From Basidiobolus meristosporus CBS 931.73 (Eukaryota; Fungi; Basidiobolomycota): a stretch of DNA of 56,019 nucleotides. Within the stretch, counting starts at the first letter, position 1. The number at the start of each line of letters is the position of its first letter. The DNA lies in the NCBI GenBank assembly GCA_002104905.1, contig MCFE01000583.1:1-56019 (forward strand). The letters are read 5' to 3'. This document shows, in pieces, positions 23,083 through 34,651 of the stretch. The notes beneath the pieces are model-generated. The model was not told where the DNA came from. It saw only the letters and a list, made by a program, of their open reading frames with translations, and searched no databases. A program made the position numbers and the translations under genes.

Positions 23083-26000
23083 TGTTATGATCTACGACTT
23101 ATATGTTTAAGTTAGATCAGCTTTTAGTAAAATCAACTAGTTTTATGTTCAGCCTATCAGTACATCAGTGTTATCTATCAAATTGGTAGTATTAGTCAGC
23201 AGATGAGTTAGCAGATCCTTATCAGGCTGAAATAGTTATATTAAGTAGGATCTAATTATGTGATGATGATGCAATCAAATGAGTTGGCAGCCACAGGCTA
23301 CATTAGGAAATACAACTAGTCAGCAAATGATCTGGCAAAATGTATATTAGGAGCTGCTGGAACCTTGATAAAAATCAGTTCAAGTTTTAGTGAATACAAT
23401 ACTAGCTAAACTCCCTATTCCTCTACTACTCTTGTACCAAGACTTGTAACATGGGAATAACCATAAGACTATGGATCTGAACAAAATGGCAAACATTGGT
23501 AGCAGTGATAACCAGAAACCTCTCTCCTGAAGAAAGAAGAAACCACCCTCAAGATGTTGGACAATCAAGAATGGAAGAATGCGATGCAGCAAATCCTGGC
23601 CCAACAGCAACAGTTACTCCAGATTCTCAGCCAACAGCAACAAGGAATGACTACCATGGCTCAGAGCCAGCAAAGCCCTGTCAAGAGCAACTTTAGAGTG
23701 AAGGTCAACCAATACCATGGCAGAGTCAATGAAAACCTGGGAACTTGGCTCTTCCAGATTCAAGAAGCTTTCAAGGCTAAAGGAATTGCTCCAGAAAGCA
23801 AGTTACATTACGCAGCCTCTTACCTGGCAGACCCAGCTTTGCAATGGTACCACAACAAGATCAGGTCAGCCACCATGAAGGGATGCTCTACAATCTCTAC
23901 CTGGGATGAGTTTGTGTTGGAAATTCAGGATGCCATTAAGCCCTCACACCAACAGACACTATTAAGAAGAAAGTTGAAGACACTCAGACAAAAAGGAATG
24001 GTCCAAGAGTACATCTATGAATATAGATCCTTACTTAGGCAAATTGAAAGAATGGACCCTCTGGATCAAGTTGAATACTTTATTGATGGGTTGAAAGAAA
24101 GTACTTGTAAGGAAGTGAATTATCAAATACCTCAGACTAGTGAAGAAGCCATCAAGATTGCCATTGACTATGATTCAGCTATGTTTGGAATTAGGAAGCC
24201 CACAATGACTAATCTGAGAGGCTACAATCACTATGAAAGAAGTCAATCAGAAGCAGTGCCAATGGAAATAGACGCTATGCAGAAGAAATCTACCTCAGAA
24301 GAATGTAAGAAGAAAGGACTTTGCTTCAATTGCCACCAGCAGGGAGATATTGCAAAGTACTGTCCTCAGAGAAGAAATGGACACCAGCCATCAAGAACCT
24401 TTAACCGTATTGAGGACTTGGAGCATAGTAACATGGAGGATGAACTTGAAGAAGACTCAGATCTCACCTTCAACATGACAGAAAAAATACCTATCCCAGA
24501 TGACCGCAAACTCAGGAAAGCTATTATACTTGAATGTAGTAAGCAATAGAGTACCTGCCAAGATCACGACTGACTCAGGAGCATTGCATGAGTACATGTC
24601 AGAGCAATTTGCTCTGAAAGCTGGAATCATCTTGGAACCTACCAAATCAGCTTCAGTCTCAACAGCTGATGGGAACTCTCACATAATCAACCGTATTACT
24701 CAGCCAGTAAGAATGAAGATCAATGACTATGAAGAAGATCTACAGGCCTATATATTTAGGAACTGTAAGTTTGACCTTGTATTTGGGAAAACCTGGCTAT
24801 TTTGTAATAATCCATCAGTCAACTGTAGAACCCATGCTACTCAGATCCAGAAGGACAACAACACCTATGAGCTATTACCTGCCAGACTGGATTTCAGCTT
24901 GGTCAATTCCAGTGTGTGTGAGACAAGTGAGCTTAGCAAGACACAGTTCTGTAGAGCACTAAGAAAAGGCACCCAGATATTCCTCATGGCAGTATTACAG
25001 GAGGATTCCTTGACTCCAGTACCCCAGAAGGTCCAGACTCTTTTGAAGGTGTATTCAGACGTATTTCCAGAAGAGCTTGTAAGCCTACCACCAGTCAGAT
25101 ATGTGGATTATGCCATTGAAACAGGAGATAGCCCTCCAGAGAGTAAGACACCTTACAGAATGAGTCCATTGGAGTTGGAAGAGATGAAGAGACAAATAGA
25201 TCAGTTACTAGAGCTAGGATATATCAGACCCAGCAAGTCACCTTGGGGTGCACCAGCTCTTTTTGTGAAGAAGAAGGATGGAACACTTAGGATGTGCATT
25301 GACTACAGAGACCTCAACTCAGTTACCGTGAAGAATAAGTACCCCATACCTTGGAATGATGAGCTCTTGGACCAACTCAATGGAGCCACTATTTTCAGAT
25401 TATGCAATTGGTGGGGTGCTGAGCCAAGAACACAAGGGAAAGGACTACCCTGTTGCCTTTGAATCCAAGAAACTGAACTCAGCAGAACAAAACTATCCAG
25501 TACATGAGAAGGAGATGCTTGCTATAATACACAGTTTGAAGACATGGAGATGCTATATTGAAGGAGTCAAATGCACTGTGAAGACTGATCATGCCTCCCT
25601 CAAGTATACATTTACTCAGAAGGTACTCTCTAGAGGAATGACAGGATGGAGTGAATACATTCAGCAATTTGACTTGGAGATTATCTACAGCCCTGGAAAA
25701 ATAATACAGTTGCTGATGCCTTATCAAGATTAGATCAAGTTGCACAACTCAACTTGGTGCATGAATCAGATTGGCCTAGCCTATTACCAAAGTACTTGGT
25801 TGACCAGACCATTCCTAATGAGATGGATGAGAGATCACAAAGAGAATCTAGGATGAAGCCAGCAAATTTGTGGTACAGGATAAAACATTCCACCAAAATG
25901 TTGATGGAAGCCCTATTGCCTATTGCCCTTATGTTTCTTGCCTGGATTTAATACATAAGCTACACAACAAATATGGACATCTTGGAATTGAAGGAACCTA

Positions 26001-27530
26001 TAGCCTTGTGAAAGCCAGAGCATGGTGGCCCAGGATGAAATAAGATATTGAGAAGAGAGTGAAAACATGCCCAAACTGCCAAAGCAATCAAGGCCAGCCA
26101 CAAAGAATTGCCAAACTCTTCCCTTTGGAGCCTGTAAGACCAATTGGGAGATGGGGAATTGACTTTATTGGAAGACTGCCAACCACCAGGAGATGCAACT
26201 GTTGGATCCAAGTAGCAACTGACCATGCCACTAAATGGCCAGTTGCTAAAGCTGCACCAATAGCCAGTGAACAAGAAGTAGCAAGTTTCATTTACCATGA
26301 GATCCTGATGAAGTTTGGATGCCCTGTGGAGATCTTATCTGATAGAGGAGCAAACTTTATGGCAAACACATCAGAGGCTTACCTGGAAATGCAGTAGATT
26401 AAATACTTGAAAATCTTGACATATTGCCCCAGAACTAATGGAGTGACTGAATGCTTTAATGGATTATTTGGAAAAATGCTAACCAAGTATGCAAATGGAG
26501 CTGTCAGTAAATGGGATGAGTATGTAGATCAAGCACTTTTTGCCTGCAGAGTTAGAGTGCACAACACTACTCAACAATCACCATTTTACTTAGTGTATGG
26601 ATGTGAACCAAGGATTCCTGGAGATCTCACACAACCCAAGCTTACAGATACCTTAGAAGATGAACTTAGTCAGCCCAGTAGACACCAGCAATTGGAGAAA
26701 AGACAACAAGATGCACAGGCCAAAGTATCTCAAAGTGCAGAAAAGATGAAGCAGAGATTTGATAAGACTATAGCACCAGAAGCATTGACAGTTGAGAACT
26801 TTGTATTATTAAGAAACAACACTTGGAAGAAGTTTAAGCCACAAGGGACAGGACCATTCAAGATCATCAGTGAATGTCAATTTGCAACTTGCCAACTAGT
26901 GGATAAACAAGGGAATATCCGGGAAGATTTAGCTCATAGAGACAGACTCAAGCTTGCAAGACTTGCTGACAGTACTGAACCATCAAGATATTAGTATCAC
27001 AAGAAAAGAGATTCAGGAGAACGCTCTCAACTTTAGTGGGGGAGGATGTTATGATCTACCACTTGAATGTTTAAGTTAGATCAGCTTTTAGTTAAATCAA
27101 TTAGTTTTATGTTGAGCCTATCAGTACATCAGTGAACCCTCTCCACTTTACTTGGGGAGAATGTTGTGATCTACCGCTTGAATGCCTAAGCAAATATCAG
27201 TTTTTAGTCAAATCAACTAGTTGTATGCTTAGCCTATCAGTACATCAGTGTTATCTATCAAATCAGTAGTATTAGTCAGCAGATGAATTAGGAGATCCTT
27301 ATCAGTCAGAAATAGTTATATTAGTAGGATCTAATTGGGTGATGATGATACAATCAAATGAGTTGTCAGCCACAGCCTACATTATGAAATAAAATTAGTC
27401 AGCAAATGATCTGGCAAAATGTATATTAGGAGCTGCTGGAACCTCAATAAAAATCAGTTCATGTTTTAGTGAATACAATACTAGCTAAACTCCCTATTCC
27501 TCTACAACTCTTGTACCAAGAATTGTAACA
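23083..27530 (+). mobile_element. Ty3/gypsy family 1, longer copy (LTRs 23083-23451 and 27162-27530; Gag with CCHC knuckle, protease, truncated RT, RNase H, integrase)
   Basis: 4-bp TSD TGGG. Gag 23554-24549 with CFNCHQQGDIAKYC, protease-like TDSGA, RT N-terminus [24 protein letters not shown], RNase [12 protein letters not shown], integrase GIDFIG and GPF motifs. Confidence 0.95.
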
Positions 27531-27689
27531 TGGGAATAATCATAAGACTATGGATCTGAGCAAAATGGCAAAGTTAAGGCTATAGATCAGTCCTACAGTG
27601 ACCAAGACTAGTCCAGAGTTGATGGTAAGTTTGTTGATACTGAATGATATCAAATAGTTTGATGTTTCAACACTCTGCCTCTACTAAAT

Positions 27690-28050
27690 AATCTATCAAA
27701 CCCAATTCCATTCTTGAATTCTGAACTTGCAGATTAGCTAGTAGTTTTGTCAATGTATCTGCCACCAACTTGTCAGTTGGGCATTAAACTAACTCTACTA
27801 GGTAGTCTTCTACAGCTTCCATCACCAAGTAGTGTTATATATATAAATGCTTAGTTCTGCCAATTACATCCCCACCCCAATCTGATTCACTACAGCTGTT
27901 AAGTCAGGGCCTAGTAGATGCCCTAGAGTATAGCCAAGCCATATTAGTGGTATCTTATCAGAAGTTCCCCTTAACAGTTGTCTTCGGATCAGATTCATAT
28001 TTCTGTATGAATTGATGGACTATTCCAACTGCCACAGCAATATATGGACA
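27690..28050 (-). pseudogene. Decayed copia RT/RNase H of a more distant family
   Basis: Minus-strand translation with stops gives SDWGGD and EAVEDYLVELV*CPTDKLVADTLTK, typical of the copia RNase H end. Confidence 0.55.
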
Positions 28051-28052
28051 TG

Positions 28053-28345
28053 TGTAATGATGTACTGCTTGAATGTTTAAGTTAGATCAGCTTCTAGTCA
28101 AATTAATTAGTTCTATGTTTAGCCTATGAGTATATTAGTGTTGCTATGACCTACTGCTTGAATATTGAAGTTAGATCAGTTCTTAGTCAGATCAATTAGT
28201 TATATGCTTAGCCTATCATTATATCAGTGTTATCTATCAAATCAGTAGCATAAGTCAACAAATGAGTCGGCCAATCCTTTTTAGACAGAAATAGAAATAT
28301 TAAGCAGAATTGCATTGGGTGATGATGATCCAATCAAATGAGTTT
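28053..28345 (+). repeat. Gypsy family 1 partial LTR with tandemly duplicated U3 start (28053-28141 and 28142 onward)
   Basis: Both units align to the first ~90 bp of the 9360-9727 LTR. The second continues to ...GATGATGATCCAATCAAATGAG. Confidence 0.8.
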
Positions 28346-31300
28346 GTAGTAGTAGTGGGTAAGCAAATAAACAGGGGCAATTCTATACTAAAATACATGA
28401 ATGGCACAAGGGGAGGTAGAAACAGAAAATACCATTTGGTAAGTTGGTACAGTAGCATTATATAGAGCCAACTGTCAACTTCTATACTGCCAATATAATG
28501 CCAGCAGAGGTTGCCAATTGGGGGGGGTCAGAACAACATCAAGTATCTTGCCATACAAAGCAAATGGATACATTGGCTGGCTAGTGCTGCCCAAATAAAT
28601 GTGGAGTGCATTAAGACCATAAGAACTGTCAAAAGACACAACAATGCAAAAGTGGCTTTTGATTGGTTCTCTACCAATTTGCTCACCTTCTGATCCCAGA
28701 CACTCTATCACCTCCTACATTTGTGTGCATTGGCTGGTTATTGCCTCTTTTCACACTCCTTACTTCCTAACTCAACCATTTCTCTTACTTTTCATGCATA
28801 TAAATTGATATATTTCTGTTGAAACTTCAGTTGTACCTCAATTGCCAATTGTATTGACCTATACAAGCCCCTTTACCCTACACTAAGATTAAGCCCAACT
28901 CCATACTCAACAAGTAACTCCATTGAAATCCACCACTTAATCAGTATTTCTGTTGTAACGCTCTGTTTCCAGGACTCTGGCAGGAACCCAATGGCTTCAT
29001 GCAACTCTTCATTCACTGGTTCCCACAAATACTGGTCTTCAGCTGGCACCACAAGGTCTAGCATCTCATCTGCTGGCATTTGCAATAAAACCTTGCAATA
29101 TTCAAGTGCATTTTCTTGAGCGCTGCTTCTGAAGAAGTGCTGCAACCTCCTGGCGTGCCTATAAATGTTCCAAATTTCACTGAAGGCATTGTGATAGTCT
29201 TTTGAGTTATTGACACTGTAGCCTTGTCTATCAGTGGGATCTCCACTCTGTCCACAATGGCATAAATGGAGGCTGTGCTACACTTTGCCTTTCACTGCAA
29301 GCTCATCTACCTTTGCTGGAGTGTAGCTTAACTGGCTGTGCTCCCAACTCATGTGAAAACAACTGTTTTCATGTTGGTAATTCTTCTTGGCTATGATGGG
29401 ATTCAGTCCACTTTGGGCTTATAGCTTTAATTGGGAAGAACTGCAGTTTTTTGCATGCTTCCCTGTCTCAGGTTTGAGTAGACATTTTGCCCTTTACCTT
29501 TTCCTTTATCACTGCCAGGTTGTTAACTGCTACTTTGTCTGAGTGCTTCTTGTAATGAAGTTCATTTTCTCCTTGATAAATTCTGCCCTGACACATCTCT
29601 TCTGGCCTGCTTGTCCCTTGCTGGTAGTCTTCTGGCAATTTCTCATATATTTACTGCTTGTTTTGAGCTCTCAGCTGTAGTTGTGATGGGCTCCTGAGAA
29701 CGCTGCTGGCTTTTATCAATGTTAAGTCCTTCACTGCTACTTTGACTGAGTACATCTTGAGTGGTACTATGCTTTTTTCATGATAAGTGCTCTGCTGGTG
29801 CATCCATTTCTGTCTGCTTATCCCTTATTGGCACTCTTCCAGCTACCTGACATCTCTTTGACCCTTGTCTAAGGCTTTCAACCCTGTTGGTAATGTGCTC
29901 TTGAGGAAGATGCAGTTTTTTAGCCATAGCACCCTTGTTCTACTGCCTTTGATAGTTTCTACTATTCTTAAGATACTTTTGTAGCATACCAATGTGCCGG
30001 CATTATCTGGCTGGCCAGTTGATACTTCTATATTTGCACCTGGCTATCTTTGTACCCATGCACAAACTGAGTCAGGTGAGTTTGTGCTGTCATTAGGCTC
30101 ACATCAGCCTTCAAATATGGCACGCAGAGTGAATACGCTAACAAAGAAGGTTCACTGAGTGATTTTGAGCCTATCTCCCCTAACAACAGTACCACCCATG
30201 AGCCCAGTCAAATCTCAATATGCAATGAGACAGCACCCATTGAAACAAATGCCAAGGATACTTCATGGAGCCAAGTGAGCCCAGTATTCCATTGACTGGA
30301 GTATGATGTAATGTTGTGGCTAGAGAAGGGGTGTGTTTCTACTAATTTCAGTAATGTTTCCTTGAGGATTTACTACTACTACTTGCCAAAATCATCCCAG
30401 GATGCAACTTACCATGTACATGGTACAAGTGAGCAACCATCATGTGGCTGGCAATATTTGACCCGGAGATTGTCCTGATTCCAGCATGTGTTAACAGTTG
30501 CATGGCAATCACATGCAAAATGCCATCATGATAACATGTCCAAGTAGTCAGGATTCCACCACCATTGAGGGAAAGCATTGTTCACACTCCAGATATATTG
30601 CGGCAATGCCCAGTTTAAAGATGCTCATGTGGTCCAACAAATATTACAAAGCTATAAAGTACTGCACCCAGTATCACTGAAGCACAAACATATCCATTAT
30701 TTGATGGCAAACACTACTAACAGCTAAGAAGCAAGAGCTATTATGAATGTATGTATGAGCATGCCTTTGCTTGAGCACTCAATGCATTCTCATTAAACAG
30801 GTACACTACCAGCAGATTCTGCTGGCCACTGATTCTCATCAACCTGAATCTGCCACCTATCTTACAGAATTAGAGCCAAAATCTGATAGTAGTGTCACTT
30901 GAATCTGGCCCTAAATTACTGTCCAACCTGGGTTGAAACCTGTATCCATTGCTGGATGAGTTTTGTATGCTCTCCAGCAGGATCACAGTAAATGGCTGCC
31001 ATGTCAAAGTGCGTATTATTGTCTGCATTGCAGATACCCCAGCCATCAGCAAGATAGCTGGCTTTCCTGGGCACAATGGATGGTATTGCTGTCAAATGTG
31101 TGAGATCTAGGGGATTTACACCATAACCCACACACACTATTATTACCCAAACACCAACACTAAGAACATCATCCTCCCACATAGAAGGTACAAAGGTCAG
31201 CATGCAATTGCAGTAAAGTTGGCAAGCTATAAGCCTTTGGCCAGAATATGAAATCAATTAGAAGCCAGAGATACTTAAGTTAGATGGTATCTGTTGGAGC

Positions 31301-32640
31301 AAAATCTTTTCACAAGGGGCAATGCATTTGCTTTTCAACAATATCCCTATGTTGAGGACCAAGTTGTATATGGGGCATTTCAAGGTATATGAGCCCTTCA
31401 GGATACTGGTAAAATTTGAAAGAATTGTCAAGATATTACAGAGTATCCACTATCCTAAGTTTTTCTCATGGACTCCAATTAGTACCCATATGCATATGCA
31501 ACAATACAAATGCAAAGACTGGATGAACAGGAATTATATTAATTCAAGTAGCATTCAGAAGCAATTCCCACCATGAGTACATTGGAAGCATTTGGAGTCA
31601 TATGCGGACATTGTAGGAATATTTATCCTGAAGCAGATTACCAATGCCACTTGACACATCTACAGCTGCTTTACAAGGAGTGTGTAATGGGATTTCAGTG
31701 GCTGTGCTACAAGCATAAAGCTGTATGTGTAGATCTCTGCTGCTACCATATCCATTCTCTAGTTCATCTTGCTTGGTGTGTGGAAAATATTGGGTGTTGC
31801 TTCACCTTTTGGGAGCTTCCTATGGGGCAGATGTGTGGGAAGATAGGACAACAAGTCAAGTTGCAGGCACTACCATATCCCAATCTCATCAAAAGTATCA
31901 CCTACAAGTCTATGATGGATGTGATGAGTTGGAATATGGAGGACAGCCAGGAAGAGTTGGGAAATATTGAGGACAGATGAGCACTTGGAGACACCTATAC
32001 CTATGACATTAAGAAGCTAAGCAGCCCCAATGCATGGGTAGTCAGTTAAGTGATGCAAAATTGGGTTGGGTGCAACAAGCAGCTAATTTTTATCAGGAAA
32101 GCTCAGCAATAGTATGCTGGGTTTCTCTTGGTCACAAGCCAACTTCTAAACCACTCAATGTAGAATTCACACAAACAAGAGCCAGGGTGCACCAAGAATC
32201 CAGCAGGGTGAAGGAATATATTGGCTAAATACCAAAACATTTTTTGCAGATATTCATGAGGTAGTCATGGCAGAAGTGGGAGCAGCCAAGCATGCGTTTG
32301 CATGATATACATGGTACCAGCAGTACAAGGTATATGGCAACTTTGCAAGTTTCACACTAAAAAGCTGTAAAGTTGATGTGATAGAAGTATGTCAATTGCA
32401 GCAGGTGTATGTGTTTGTAGAGGTTAGTATGCAGGAGGCCATAGTATTTTTTGATTTGAACTATATGTGAAACACCCAAGGTAGTAGTGGGTAAGCAAAT
32501 AAGGAGGGGTGATTCTACAGTCAAATATATGAATTGCACAAGGGGAGGTAGAAAAAGGAAATACCGTTTGGCAAATTGGTATGGTAGCATTGTACAGAAT
32601 AGACTTGTTCTGTTGGATAGTGCCACATAGTGCCAGCTTA
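28345..32640 (+). mobile_element. CACTA copy 2: transposase 3' fragment (28345-28505), then left part, ORF2 remnant and transposase, with a ~1.3-kb deletion at about 29995 removing both start codons
   Basis: 28636-29994 is collinear with about 3870-5212, and 30000-32640 with about 6493-9140. ORFs 31322-31576 and 31573-31980 are homologous to 7820-8556. Confidence 0.85.
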
Positions 32641-32706
32641 TTTATAGTGCTGAATTGATCTGGCACCCTACACTCTATATCCTAAAGGCCTCTTTCTTGT
32701 AGCAGC

Positions 32707-33587
32707 TGTTTTTAATAGACACAAGGCATGAGAGTATCAAGAATATAATTATTGAGCCACAATCCCCAACTTTGAATAAGCTAGTATCACTTCAGAAGGT
32801 ACTGGCTTTAACATATTTTGATAGAGTATTGTACTAAGGCTTCCAATACTGTAACAATTGTAAACTACACCAGCAGGGTAATAAAGTGAATGCAGTTTTG
32901 GCCAATAACTTACAAAGATAGTATCTTTGCCTTTAAAGGACAAAACTAGGGAGAGATTCTGGGTGATACTTATGGTAGGTATTCCTTTACAAGCTCTTCT
33001 CAAGAACTTTGGGTAGAAGGCAGAGATCTACAGGTAAGTCAAGATCAGTCTGATAAAACTTTTATGAATAGACACAAGGCATGAGAGTAGGGCTAGGCAA
33101 GGCATGACCAGGAAAGGACTTAGGTGTGGATCAACAAGGCAAGGCAGATTTCCAAGGCAAGGCTGTTTATTCAAGACCTGTGTTTATCAGACTGAGGAAT
33201 ACATAGGGGGGGATAGGGCCATCTATACTTTTTGGCAATATGGATGCCAAGAGATATTGGCTAATACTGATGGGGTTCTAGGGTGAGGCACATTAGTTGT
33301 GCCAAGATAGATATATACTCAAGAACAAGCTAGAATATCACATGGGGATATGTCAGGGGTTGGCTGATCATGTGACCAGGCATATGACATGTAACTACCA
33401 AATAGGGTATGGAACTACATAAATTCAAATGGGAAGCTTTCATAAAATGATCTGTTGTGTAATGTTGACTTGGAGCTTTCAAGTGGTTGCTAGAATGTAG
33501 TAGAACTTTCTAGAAGGAACTTAGATTTCTTTGCTGACTTGATTTGGCTTGATAATTGGAAGCCAGGGATGAAATGCAATCATGACA
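32707..33587 (-). repeat. Gypsy family 2 solo LTR (about 880 bp) inserted in a copia gag
   Basis: Begins TGTCATG on the minus strand at 33587 and ends at the TGT at 32707. Flanks GCAGC/CCAGC form a near-perfect 5-bp TSD and rejoin to copia gag sequence AAAGGCCTCTTTCTTGTAGCAGCATC. Confidence 0.8.
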
Positions 33588-34058
33588 CCAGCATCTTTAT
33601 TTTCAGTGTCAACACTTGGTGGTTAGCTCCATGCAACTTTTCAGCAGAGGGAAAAGATCCAATAATAGCAGTAGTAGACATTGCAGAGAGTAACAGCTCA
33701 TGGCTCATAACCTATTGTAGGAGTCTTGGAAATACTGGAAGTGATTGGGAGAACAAGTAGAAAATATGGTGATTACTTAATGATTTATTGAATGTTAAAG
33801 TAGTATTTATACTTTTACATGGTCTTGGCATAATACTTGCATAGTGTAGGCTTAGGAAGGTCCCAGAGCATGTATATAAAGTTTGGTGCTGTTTGGGCAA
33901 CTCACCTAACTTGCATGTTCTGAGTACCTGATATTTTAGTGAAAGTATTCTCAGTATTCCAACACAAAGTTTGGTTAGTATTCCCTAAGATTTATTGGTA
34001 ATGATATAAGTGATCAAGTTAGGCAAATATTTGTATAGAACTACAGAGTTTTATAGCA
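33588..34058 (-). mobile_element. Copia family 1 fragment: gag start, PBS, 5' LTR (33713-34058)
   Basis: Homologous to 41385-41836. PBS GGTTATGAGCC on the minus strand. Confidence 0.8.
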
Positions 34059-34302
34059 TAAACATGCAGTAAAGAAATATCAGGTAGCCTGAAGTGTGCC
34101 GGTGAAGATTAATCAGGTAGAAGCAGATGCATCAGTGCAGTATTTATCAAGAGATTATGTAGTATGAGACAAGAAGCACTCAGTAGAAGTAGTATAGATG
34201 AACCTGAGAGTGATAAAGCTAAAGGGAAAGAGGAAGCAACAAAGTCTACCCAAGCTAGAGGCATAGAAATATGAGGTAAAAGCTGCAGTTCCCCTAATGA
34301 AC

Positions 34303-34651
34303 TGTTGTAAAAATTTGTAATTTCATCTAAATATTCACCTAACTTAGTCACTTAGATCCTTACCTTCAAATCCTAGAGAATACTGACAAAAGTCCTTGTT
34401 AACATTTACTTAAAATATTTTCACCCAAAAAATAGGTACTCAGAGCATGAAAATTCTCAAAGTTGTTCAAACAGCCCTAAACTTTGTACACATGTTCTTG
34501 GAACTTTCCTAAGCCTATTCTGCATGCTTTTTATGCCAAGACCATGTAAAAGCATATATACCACTTTTACATTCAATAAGTCATCAAGTGAAAACCACAT
34601 AATCTACTTGTCCTCCCAAACACTTCCACTATGTCTAAGACTTTTAAGAAA
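34303..34651 (+). repeat. Copia family 1 solo LTR inserted in a CACTA ORF2 fragment
   Basis: 349 bp starting TGTTGTAAAAATTTG. Flanks TGAAC/TGTAC form a 5-bp TSD with one mismatch. Flanking DNA encodes ORF2-like ESDKAKGKEE and SKVELPTRQQL. Confidence 0.85.

Noticed and set aside
24490-24550. Programmed Gag-Pol frameshift in gypsy-1 copy 2
   Set aside because: No clear slippery site, and the copy has several decay frameshifts, so the offset cannot be called programmed.
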